A program made the translations under genes and the position numbers. This document shows, in pieces, positions 17,525 through 31,221 of a DNA stretch of 64,000 nt (positions are counted from its first letter, which is position 1; every line of letters begins with the position of its first letter). The notes below the pieces were generated by a model. The model had not been told where the DNA came from. It worked only from the letters and a program-made list of their open reading frames with translations, and ran no database searches. The stretch is from Kondoa subrosea (Eukaryota): assembly GCA_039545335.1 (NCBI GenBank), contig BCIN01000006.1, positions 434,001 through 498,000 of the forward strand. The letters run 5' to 3'.

Positions 17525-18349
17525 AGTGCTTGTATGTCGCTACGTGCTTTCAGATCTACTATACTGACTCTATAGTGCACTATCTAGGACTTGGAGCTGG
17601 TACTAGTTCTACTAGACAATGGACATGGTGGTTTCCTTTTGTGCTGCATGGACTGTGCTTGTCAATATTGACTTCGGGCCATGTTGATTTGTCTTCTGAT
17701 CGTATGACGTCTGGATCGATGGTCTTCTTCTGGCTTCTTTCTTTTTTTTGCTCTTTTGTCTATTGTTATTGAATCGCCTCAGAATCGCGCGATGCTTCAA
17801 GGTAGAAGCACAGGTCAGCATATACTCTTGCACTGCTCTACAGACTTCGATCCGCTATATCCCAGCGAGAGGCAGGATCTGTCTCAATCTTGTCTTGCAA
17901 TTGTGAAGCTAGTTCGAAGCTGTACTCCAAATGCCAATGCTTGCGTGCATCTCATCTGTACATCTGATCCTTTCCAAGAAGATCACAACTGATCTCTCAT
18001 TCTGAGCATTGGACTCGTCCACTTCTAGTATGGGAATGTGCAAGAAGTCACTCGGCACAGTCACATCTCGCTACTATTTTCAGCAACGGGCTGAGCATCA
18101 AAACAATGCGAATAGAGTGGATCTTTTCAGACACATGGCACAAAGAGTTGGTCATGAGCTCTGTGCGTTGTCTCTGTTGGTCTTTGGGAAATTTTGTTTT
18201 GCCAAGAAGGGTCCTTCTTCACTTTGCGCGTGAGAATAGGAGCAGTGTTGTCTTGTAGAGTGCTATAAGGGCTGTTACAGGGCTCTGTGGCACATAGTCG
18301 ATGTATATTTATCCAACGCTTTGTTCGCGTGTTGCCGTTACTGGCGCAG

Positions 18350-18356
18350 TATAAAA
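18350..18356 (+). promoter_or_regulatory. TATA box of LPMO-like paralog B
   Basis: TATAAAA lies ~140 nt upstream of the ATG at 18493 and is followed by a CT-rich tract, typical of fungal core promoters. Confidence 0.55.
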
Positions 18357-18492
18357 AGCTTGACACTCCTCTTCCTCTCCCAACCACCTTCTCTGTCTTT
18401 TCTTTTTCTTCTCTTAACGACCTCTTGATTGCAAACCAAAAGCGCTGAGCGCCTTATTAAACTCGTTACACATCTCAAATACAACACCGAAT

Positions 18493-19962
18493 ATGCTTTC
18501 TCTATACACTCTCGTCTCTGCTGCAGTCCTGGCGACTTCAGTGCAAGCCCACACCTACCTTATCACTCCTCCTAGTCGTCTCTCAGTACTCAAGAACATT
18601 GGCACTTCAACTGAAGATGGTACAGGAAACGGTGCGGGTCTTTGTCATTTAGGGTGAGTCAGCATTCCAATTCTAAACCTCTTGGTTCGATCTGATCCCT
18701 ATGTACACAGAGACGGCACGCAAACTTGCTGCACTTCACAAACTATGGGAGGTCAAATGAAGACTTATCAACGTGGTGTAAGTGTATAGCCACTAATTTT
18801 CAAAGGAGGTCTGTGCTCATTGTCACTTTGTTCATCGACAGACCGAGATCCCAACAGCATGGTGGAGAAACAATCACGGTAAGTTTTCATCGCAATAAGT
18901 GGAAGTCCTTTTATCTGATGCATTTGCGAATAGTCGGAGGTTTCATCAGATATTCTATTGTTCCGATAGCCGATTCTGGTTCTCAAGATGCTTTCGACGC
19001 TGCTGAGAACATGTTGTCATACGAATGCAATCAAGTTGGTTGCTCTGCTACTTATGGCGGATCTTCGCCAAACAGTAAGTCTCGCATCATTTGAGATGAG
19101 CTTTGACCATAAGCTGATGTCATTCATCAATAGACTGGAACGGAGGTGATAGCGCAGGTAGCAAAGGATGGTCAAATGCATGCTCTGGTGCTTTCAAAAT
19201 TCCTTACCATCTTAAAGTGAGTGGCTACTATTGCACTCGACTGATCGTGTTTGATTGAAGTCATCTTACAGGACGGACAATACACTGTTCAATGGGTGTG
19301 GTTTGGTCAAGGAAACGGAAACGAGGCAAACTCTCCTTTCCAAGCATGTATCGATCTGAACATCAGCGGTGGTCCCAGTAAGCTTCCGTAATGAGCTTTG
19401 TTTCTAGCATACTCATTCCATGGCAGCTGGCTCTCCTCTCAAATGCCCTCTATGGAAAGGAGGAGATCTTTCGGAAGCTGGAGACAATGTTTGCACTTTT
19501 GTTTCAGTCAACAACCCAACATACCAGTGAGTATCTCGCTCTTTTCTTCAAATGCAGCAACTGATGAATTTCGTTAGGGGCGTATGCAAAGATGCCAACG
19601 CATGCCAAGGTGGTTACACAGTCGGTGTGCCAAAAGGTCTGCAAGATTGCGTCAACGGCAACAATCCTTCTACCTTCCCTCTTGCCATGGTCGCTGCTCA
19701 GTCTGGCGTACCGAACACCTATGCTTCTTACTCACCAGATGGTTCAGCTGCTTCTTCTGGAGGTTCTTCTTCTTCGGGTTCATCTTCAAGCAATTCTACT
19801 TCCTCTTCTTCTTCTTCCAATGGTTCATCAAACAATGGTGGTGGTTCGCTTACCGTTCAAACTGGAAAGAAGAAGTGCAGCGCCGGCTCAAAGAAGCGCA
19901 GACACTATGGTCGTCGATCTCACGTGCGTCGCGAAGGCTTGGAATTCGCTTACGATCATTAG
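18493..19962 (+). CDS. Secreted histidine-brace (LPMO-like) protein, paralog B; multi-exon
   Basis: Signal peptide MLSLYTLVSAAVLATSVQA, then HTYLITPPSRL...LCHLGDGTQTCC...YQRG.EIPTAWWRNNHGGGFIRYSIVP...GWSNACSGAFKIPYHLKDGQYTVQWVWFGQG...NSPFQACIDLNISGGP, a Cys-rich region, a poly-Ser linker and the basic tail KKKCSAGSKKRRHYGRRSHVRR. Confidence 0.85.
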
Positions 19963-20879
19963 AAGAACACGACACGATCCGTTTGTTGGTTTCTATTCTG
20001 CCGGTCAGAATAGAATACATCAATGGATGACGGTGCGAACGAAGATGAATTCTTTCAAGGGAAGTAAAGTTGCAGCAAGGGGCGGTTCGATCATTTCTTG
20101 GGTGGCTTTTTGTTCTACTTTGGTTTCTCTCATCGTCGTGAAACATCTTACATGCATAGCTGCTCTATGTATCAAGACACAATGCAATAATCGCAAAATT
20201 CGTTCTCTACTTTTGGGTTGACTTGCTCTCTTTCCTCGTATCGTTCTGTCTTACTCCGTTCTGACTATTCTCTTGTCTGATACTGTGTGCCTGTGCTTTG
20301 TGTTTTCTTCTTCTTCTTCTACTAGATCTACTTGACTTATCTCTTCTCCTTGTCTGCGCGTTCTTTCCTGGGCTGTCCCTCTCATCTGGAAACTTTTCAG
20401 CATTCGTTCCTCCTCATTTGGCAAGGAAGGGTTGCTCTTGGAGCAGAATCAAGACAGTCATAAAATCAAAGACAAGGCAATGAATATAGATCTAGAGATA
20501 TTTTTTTAGGTAGTAAGAAAGAGGACAGGGTCATACTCAGTGACGAAGGGGATACACACGAGCTGTTACATGATAGTAAATGTTTTATTTCAGTTATAAA
20601 CAATGAAGGGAAATCATAGCACAAGATATCACAAAACACACCCTACATCTATAACACATTATACACAACGAATCTATCTCTTCTTCTTCAGTAACGGATG
20701 CCAAAGTAGCGTCTTCTTCTGATGACAGCTCGCAGAATGCTGCGCTCGTCCACAAGTGCATTGTACACAGGACGGAGGAGTCGTTTGACTTGTTGACCAT
20801 TCAGTCTCGCAAGGCGCATTTTGAGCTGTAGGAGAATACTTAGCTGACGTCCGCCTGGTAGAAAGGAGAAAGAACTCAC

Positions 20880-22598
20880 GAGAGCTTTATAGCCTACAGC
20901 GCCAATTCCTGAATCGAAAGCTGTTCCCATAGCCAAGGCACCAGCTTGAATTGGGAAGACTGGTTGTTCGACTGGTGCTCTGTGGACAAGAGGACGGAAT
21001 CAGTAATAGCTCGAAAGTAGAGAAAAAGAGAAAACAAACCTTTCGACTCTCATGTCGATATCGTTTTGAAGATTCGCTCCAACTGCTCGAACTCCTTGCA
21101 TTCCAGTATGAAGTACCATCATTCTATCAAGGAAGTCTATCAGTTGCAGTTATAAGAAAGCCAAGAGGTGAAGACTAACCTATTGATAGTGCCTTCGTAA
21201 GGCATGAGCTTGATCGCATTATCCGTTGCATTAGTGAGAAGTGAGTTGACGTTGCCAGTAGCTGAATTAATGACGTTTGAACCAAAGCCAAGAGTGTCGC
21301 CTAAGCAGCTGGTAAGTCCTCTCACGACGAACACCAAATCAAAGGCCAGTTGGGAAGGACGTTGCTCAGTAGAAGGAGTAGCTTGAGCGACGACGGCTGG
21401 AATGAGAGTAGCAGGAATGCTTTGTACGACAACAGGTTGAGTAGGAGCTGGAGCCGGGACTTGAAGAACAGGCTGAATGGGGATAAGAGGCTGATGAGCA
21501 GGGATGACGAGAGCAGGAAGATCATTTTTAACTTGAGTTTGCGCAGCTGGAACGACTTGAGCGACTGGTACTTGAACGAGTGGTTCAATCAAAGCAGCCT
21601 GAATAAATTGCTGAACCTGAAACGAGAGATCAGCATACCAGAATGCAAGGTTCAGTAGCAAGCTTACCTCTTCTGCTTCCTCAGTTTCAGCAGTGACAGC
21701 TTCTTGGATTTCAGCTACAATGGCTTGCTTTGCACCTGTATAATGGCCAGACAAGGTCAGATTTGGTTGAGAAAGCATAAGGAAAGAACGAACGTTTGGC
21801 AGCACTAGCAGATGACTCTGCTTCTTCTTCAGAGTCGCGTCGCTTGCCTTTGCCTAAAGAGGATGTACCCATTGTAAGCTCCTGAAATCAGACAATTAGA
21901 TCAAGCAGGCAGAGATATATGCGAAGAACACACTGAAAGGAAGAAAACTTGCAAGACATGAAGTACATGACCATCAGGAACTTTGCCAGCTTCAAGTATC
22001 GCTGAATTCCAGCGCGCAACCTACGCACAACGATCAGCCTCTAGAAAGAAAAATGCCGTAGCCAGCCTCAACCAAATCGCGGACTCGAGCAAGATCTTGT
22101 CCACAAGCACCTTTTGTCGATATTGATGCAAAGGCTGCACTTAGCTATTTTGCGTTGGACCAAGCAAAACAACCAAGGCGCCAGAGCTGAAAATAAGGCG
22201 TAAGATATGGGGTATCGTAGACGGCTGCTCGCAAGCATCCGGTTAGGACCATGCCACAAATCAAAAGCCTTCTAAAGGTGCTTGCTTTGAAGGAACCGAC
22301 TCGAGCGCTGGATTTGGCCAAAACTTGCAGTTGCACGCACATTGCTCAGATAAGCTTTGAGATCAGCGTCCGCACGAGGATTTGCCTTGAATTGATTGAT
22401 GCACCAGGAGACGTTGCCGAGCATTAGTAGGCCATTCGCGACTTCACCTTGATTTACAGAGTTGATGATCAGAGCGAAAAGATGTTGTAAGATTTCAGGT
22501 GCTGGTGACGATTTGATGATATCGAAGGCTTCGCCGAGAAGATAGACCTTTTCTTCAGGGAGAGGACGTGGAGCAGGTATGGTCTGGAGGGAAAGCAT
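20880..22598 (-). CDS. Hypothetical protein with a Pro/Gln/Val/Ala-rich middle region (exon structure and 3' end uncertain)
   Basis: Coding-like ORFs 22272-22598, 22068-22259 and 21140-21805 lie on the same strand and are separated by GT-AG intron-like gaps. A CT-rich leader lies upstream. No family recognised. Confidence 0.4.
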
Positions 22599-23553
22599 GT
22601 TGAGCGAAAGTTGCTGGGGAATGCAACGAAGTCTTCTGCTTGACGACCAAAGAGTGCTAGAAGATGTGCTGAGAGATGTCTTGTCAAAAGCTAGAGAAGA
22701 AATATGGAAGAAGTAAAGTAGGTATGAAGGAAGAAGAGGAAGAAGGTGAGAACAGCGCTTTTTAAGGCTCTGATTTGTTTGTTTGGTAAACTAAAGAGTG
22801 GTTTGGTATGTGCCCTGAGATTTGTGAGGATTGGGTACATGCCTCGCTCAATCGGGCAAGTCCTTCCCCTGGAAAAACAAGCTATTGGTACAGCCCACAT
22901 TACGCGCAGAGCTGACCGTCAGACACGTAATTATTCACATCTACTAAGCACCGCGGCCGTTCTTCAGCAGCCAGAATTGGAATGAGGAGAAGAAATCACA
23001 AAGCGAAAACGTTCGAGCGGCGCGACGAAGTAGAGAAGCACAGAGGGAACCAGAGCAGTAGAGCAGGTACTTCCACAGTCTCAACGTTTAATTCAGACTC
23101 CCAAAAGAGATATGCATTCACGACCTGTGCATGACATTTGCCCTGATAGTGATATTTTGCCTTGCGATTGAGCCCCCGTAAAGCAGGTAGTAACGTAGTA
23201 CAGGAGCGGACACAGAGAGAAACGCTCCATCAAGGCAATCGATTCCTCTTAGTTTCGAGGCTTCGCCGGCGGAGGAGATACAGAGAGTGGCTCTCGACGC
23301 CATGGGAGCATTTTTACGTTCTCAGAGCAGCTGCTCTTCACTGGTATAGTGTTCTTCTGAGCGAGGCTGGCCATTTAAGAAGAGCAAGCAAATTGCAGGT
23401 TATCTGTTGTCGGCCTCGATATAGCTCCGTTACTCTCATCTAGCGCTCAACAGTGATCTGCCTGCCATCTGCTCGATACAGCCCAATTCGAACCTCTTTT
23501 CTCTTTGCCTCTGTAAAGTTCACGTGAAATAATCAAACATCGCGTTTGATCGA

Positions 23554-24630
23554 ATGTATAAAGCTGTATGCTTCGATATCGGAGGGGTAGTAGTCGGCAG
23601 TCCTCTAGTCCGCACTCTTTGCTCCACTCTTCCGCGATTTCGATCTGATCTCATGAATGGCAGACTGGTATTAGAGCATACGAGAAAGTTCTAGGATTGC
23701 CTCAAGATTACCTCAATGTTTTTATCAGTTAGTCTCACTCCATAACTTCTGTCGGAAATGCTTAGACAACAGCAGCATCGCTTGGTCATGATGGACCGTT
23801 TCAGAAATACGAGACTGGCAGCATAGACTGGAAAGAATTCGTTGCTACTTTTGGTCCATCGCTATCGGATGCGGAAGCTGGTCGAAAAGCTTACGAAATA
23901 TATTGCTCGCGGAAGAAGATTCCATTTCCTGCCATACCGAAATATTCAGTTGACAGTAGAGAGGTATGCTCTATCGTGTCTGTGGATCAATGTATTCCTC
24001 ATACAGACACTTATAGCTGTATCGAAGGATGATGACTGAAGCTTTGAAAGTCGATCCGCTAGTAGAACAAGCGATACTGAAAATCAGAGGTATGTTCATA
24101 CGTTATGCGCTTGAGATCTTTGGCAGATCCCTTGGTTGTAACAGCAAGCGGGCGGTTCAAGATCGCAGCTCTGACAAATACTTTCGCGCAACCCAGTCAG
24201 GAATCAGGCGACGAGCTGGAAATGCTAGGCCGAACGTCACACTTGACTTCTCTATTTGATCACTACATCGAATCGTCTGTTATTGGCGTACGGTAAGTAT
24301 ATTCTTGCTGCTTTATGAGAAATGCAAGCTGAGACATTTTGCGTGCACAGGAAACCAAATGAAGGATTCTACAAGACTGCTTTGAGCATAATAGGCGTAC
24401 AACCTAGTGAAGCAATCTTCTTAGATGATATAGGTATTAATTGTAAAGCGAGTCAGAAGTTTGGGATGCGAGCCATTAGTAAGTTCTTTTCATGCCTACT
24501 TTGACTTGCCTCATTGCCTCATTGATCTTCTCGAGCAGATGTCAAGACTGGGAAGTCTAGAGAAGCCTTGCGAGAGCTAGGAGAAGCTATAGGTTTAGAT
24601 CTGCTTGACGAAAGAAAGGCGAAGCTGTAG
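23554..24630 (+). CDS. HAD-superfamily hydrolase (sEH/ACAD10 N-terminal-domain-like) with C-terminal PTS1
   Basis: Motif I MYKAVCFDIGGVVVGSP, motif II AALTN, and motifs III/IV RKPNEGFY...IFLDDIGINC are present. The protein ends ...DERKAKL*. Confidence 0.85.
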
Positions 24631-25132
24631 GAACGAAGGTTTGGAGAATGACTGAAGAAGTGTCAAACATAGTGTGAATCATGTGACTATAGCATAGTGA
24701 GATAAAATGTATCACCTCTTGTAGAAATTCCTTCACCTGAATATACTCAGGTCGACCCGTAGCAACCATTGACATAGGCTCTTTACTCTCGCCTTTGGTC
24801 TCAGTGCAGCTCTATCGTTCTTACTCCAACGACCCTAAGCAACGACCCTAAGCGACAAGGACATCTGCAAGCTGCTCTACAGCTCTTCTGCGACGACTTC
24901 ATCAATTCATTTGGCTCAACTGGTGTTGTTGGTACAAGGAGTATCTGAAGAGTCTTTGCCTTCATTGCCTTCAGTATCTGCAAGTCGCAAGTAACTGTGT
25001 TCCTGCTCAGGCATTTACTAGCTCGCTATCCAGCTGTTTCGCATTAGAACTTCAACACAGCTTCAAAGAGCAAGGTTCTGCAGTTCAGTATCTTCACACT
25101 AGTCTCTCTGCAATTCTCTAGCATTGCCTAGC

Positions 25133-26659
25133 ATGGCCAGCGGTCTATCTGCCAATTCTCGCGGCACAAAACGCACAACTTCCGATTCCTATAATGATCG
25201 ATCAGGACCAGGCGGTAGTGGACCAGGAGGTGGTGCAACTAGTAAAAGAGTCCGATTTGGAGGAGAAGGATCAGCTGAACCAGATGAATTGGAAGCTGAT
25301 CTAGAATTACCAACTGGAAGACAATCTTTGCGTGTTGATGGGTATGAAGAAGATTCTGGTGATGAGGAGAATGATAAAGGAAGAAAAGGTCTAGATGGAG
25401 CTGAAGATGACGATGAAGATATGTTCAATTCAGCTCCTGCTGCTGAAGAGAAGAAGGGCAAGGGAAAGAACAAAGATGATACGGATAGAATTGTGGATAA
25501 TGGTTTGGATCTCAAAGGTTCAACAGATGGAAAAGCTTTCCTGGAATTGGGAGATATTGCTGGCCAAGAGTTTGCTGCTCCGAGAGAACTAGCGAGCGAA
25601 AGTGAGGAAGAAGACTTTGTTTCTGGAGATGAACTTGCGAACACGGATGATGCTCCAAGAAGTAGAAGAACGAAGAAGGGTATGGGTTATGTATTAAGTG
25701 GCTTCAACATGAAAGATGAAATGGACGAGGGCAAATTTGATACCGAAGGCAGTGAGTCGTTCCCTTCGCATGTCTTATTCCAATGCTGATACTTCTGGCA
25801 GCTTATATTTCCAACAGCAAAGATCCTCATGCAGTACATGACGTCTGGATGAACGATTTCAACTCAAAGAAAGCAATCAAAGCAGCAGCAAGAGCCAAAG
25901 CAGCCCGAGATCAAGCCGCTGCAGCAGCTGCAGATTCGGATGCCAAAAAATCTCGTCCTCAATGCCTTAAAGAACTAGTTGAGACTGGACTATTGAAGAA
26001 AGAGAATGGAGAAACAGTCATGGGAGCTTTGAAGCGGTTAGGCGATGTCAAGAAAAGCCTGGTCAAGAACAAGGCAAAGCAAAAGAAAGGCAAGAACATG
26101 GACGTGGATGCTGCTGCTACGTCAAGCGCTGCTGAAGATGAAGTAGCGGGTATCACCAGACAAATAGATCAGCTAACGACCTTGGCTTCTACTTTGCTCG
26201 ATCTGTTCAACGAAACAGATGTATATGAAGAAACATATGATTCAGTAGTCAAGACATTGCGGCTTGAAGGCGAAGTTCCGCGAGTATGTCCCTCTCGTCG
26301 CCACATTGCTTCTTATGCTGATCCCATTGCAGGGTTGGGAACCTGAGATCGCTAAACAAGCATCTGCTCCGCAACAAGAAGATGATCTCCATCCGACTGG
26401 TTCAGGCTTAATAGCTCGCCCGCTTGTGTCTCGTCCTGCTGCAGCGGCACCTTCAGCTCCACCTGTGCCAAGTGGGATCAAATACAAATACAAATGGAAA
26501 CCCAACGCAGCTGTACCTGCTGATCAAGTTGGGAAAGAATTCGGTCCTTTCACTAGGGAAGAGATGTTACAATGGGTAATGGGAGGCTTCTTTGGCCCAG
26601 CAGGGAGCAATATTGAAGTTCAACAAGAAGGACAGCAAGGTTATTCAGCTTGGTCGTAG
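25133..26659 (+). CDS. LIN1: U5 snRNP protein Lin1/Snu40 (CD2BP2) with C-terminal GYF domain
   Basis: Acidic N-terminus, FNMKDEMDEGKFD.EG, GETVMGALKRLG, and a GYF-like YKW...FGPFTREEMLQWVMGGFF. Confidence 0.85.
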
Positions 26660-26746
26660 ATCAATCTTGATAGATAGCCTCCTGTTGTACCGATTCTATT
26701 ACCGCAACGCATGTCTATATTACAGTTTTGTCCCCTCTGATCCAGA

Positions 26747-28974
<2,228 letters not shown>

Positions 28975-29104
28975 GGACGCATGCAGGTCAGGGGTATTGT
29001 CTTTTGGCCGTTCGCTCAAGACCTAGATTCTCGCATAAACATTATTCTGGGGCTCTCTCTCTTTTCCGACTGAACGGAACAAGATTCAATCTCTACGTAG
29101 CAGA

Positions 29105-30725
29105 ATGAGCAGCTGGGCATCCATAAAATTAGCAGATGGTAATATCGTCAAAGGCGGTATTGGCTATGGTAAGTGTAATTGGCAGTTCTATGTTTCGCAA
29201 GACTTCAGTTCATGCGGATATAACAGGACTTGGAACTGCTAATTTTGCAAAGACGGGTCCTGGAGGAATCAACAAGGAGCTTGTAGAGGATTGCAAGGCT
29301 GCCATCAGAGCTGTATGTCTTGATCTGCACCAGTTGATGCACCTAGAGTTTGATACATTGACAATATGTGCAGGGATATCGGTCAGTCACCTCTTACTGG
29401 GAGTCGCAAAATGTTGGACTGACTCGATCATCCATCATAGCCATATTGACGGAGGTTAGTAATCTCGTCATTGCGCTTGAATGTGATATCAAACTGATAA
29501 CCCTTGCTGCAGCTGAAGTATACGGCAATGAGAAATCTCAAGGAGAAGCAATGAAGCAGTCCGGCGTACCTAGGGAAGAACTCTTTGTCACTTCAAAGAT
29601 CTCAAAAAAAGAATCAGCCAAAGGTGGGCTTAAACCTTCATGCTCGGTTGAGAAGCTAGAGCTTATTGAGATGTAGATGTAAGAGCTACTTTGAAGAAAC
29701 AGCTCGAAGAATTGCAGACGGATTACGTCGATTTGTATCTATTGCATAGTCCGTTATTGGGTGACTTGAAAGAGGTTTGGAAACAGGTGAGTCTTCCTGG
29801 CCGCACATGGACGCAGCTGAAGAAGAATTAGATGGAAGCTGTCAAGAAGGAAGGCTTGACCAAGTCAGACCTCATTACTTGAGCAATTAGATAAGCTGAC
29901 CTGACGAAACAGATCTATTGGAGTTTCAAATTACCGAGGTCAGTCATGAAAGATCGGAAAGAGCGCAAACTCATGAATGAATAAAGTTCGACACTTGAAG
30001 GAGACTCTTGAGGGCGCAACCGAAAAGCCAGGTTGGTTCTCTTTATTTTGGCCAGCTAGAATCACATATTGATGCATCTTGATAGTCTGCAACCAGATTG
30101 AGATCCATCCTTGTACATATTTCCTCTTTCTGTCCAGTCTAAGGCTGACCAGTAACAGATGTAATTGAGGAGGCGCAAGAAGTCATTGATTTCTGTTTGG
30201 CCAACGATATCACACCAGCAGCTTATGCTCCATCCGGTCCGATAACTAAACATCCAGGTCAGCTTCCTCTCTTGTGGAGTTGCGATCAAGCTCACAGTAT
30301 TGCGATTAGGTGGACCGGTGGATGAAGTAATTGAAAAGATCGCTACCGATTTATCTACTGCTGTTGGTCGACCAGTCACTCCTGGTCAGGTCTTACTCAA
30401 GGTAAGCGAGATTTAACAAAGCAACATAAAGCAGAAATTGAGATGAGACAACAGTGGGCGCATGCCAAAGCGAGTTGACCACATCTCGCAAAGAGATTCG
30501 AGCTGAATGATAATTAACAGGGAGCGATCGTTATCACTACCTCCAGCAAACCAGCTCGCATGACCGAGCAATTACAGACTGGAAGCTTGCCAGATCTGAG
30601 GGAAGAACAGGTTAGGCATATATCGAGCGAGAGGATCATGCTGATTATAAAAATAGGTCCAAGCTATTCACGATGCTGGTGTCAAGGGAGGTATCAAGCG
30701 CTTGTATATGGCTGATACTGTCTAA
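29105..30725 (+). CDS. Aldo-keto reductase (YDL124W / conjugated-polyketone-reductase-like)
   Basis: [55 protein letters not shown] and VITTSSK are present across many small exons. Confidence 0.9.
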
Positions 30726-31221
30726 TGTGCGCGGCGGAAATGAAAGGCGAAAAGGAAGAAAGTACGATTGAAAGCCAGGAAACTGTCGCAACATATGGAA
30801 AGATCTTGTACAGCTATGCATCCCAGTGTACATGCTGCACAATATAGCTTCTTGACGAGACTGTCGCCCAAAGTCATTTTCATACGCTTCATGATCAGAA
30901 GTTCAGACTCGTAAAAACTTTCATCTTGTTTCACGGAACCATCTACTGATTTGTGCAATACAGTAGCAATATGAGATTGTATTGGTGATTGGCTGTCTGT
31001 CACAAACCGCTTGTGCACTTACTTCTTTTGAGTGCAAAAGGCCTTCTTGGGCCTTCTATACTTTGACCTTTTGTTCCATTCTCGCATGGGGAAATTTATT
31101 CGTTGCTATGGTTGCTTGCCTCCTCTCTATATAATGTTTCGATCAGACTTCGTCCTCTTCTTCTGTTCCCATATTCTCAAAGCTCTCAGTGCTGGTCACT
31201 TGCTCAATTTTCACTTCGAAG

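Noticed and set aside
19584..20221. Overlapping 148-aa and 209-aa ORFs rich in Phe or Leu
   Set aside because: These are alternative-frame readings of the TCT-rich poly-Ser linker of LPMO paralog B.
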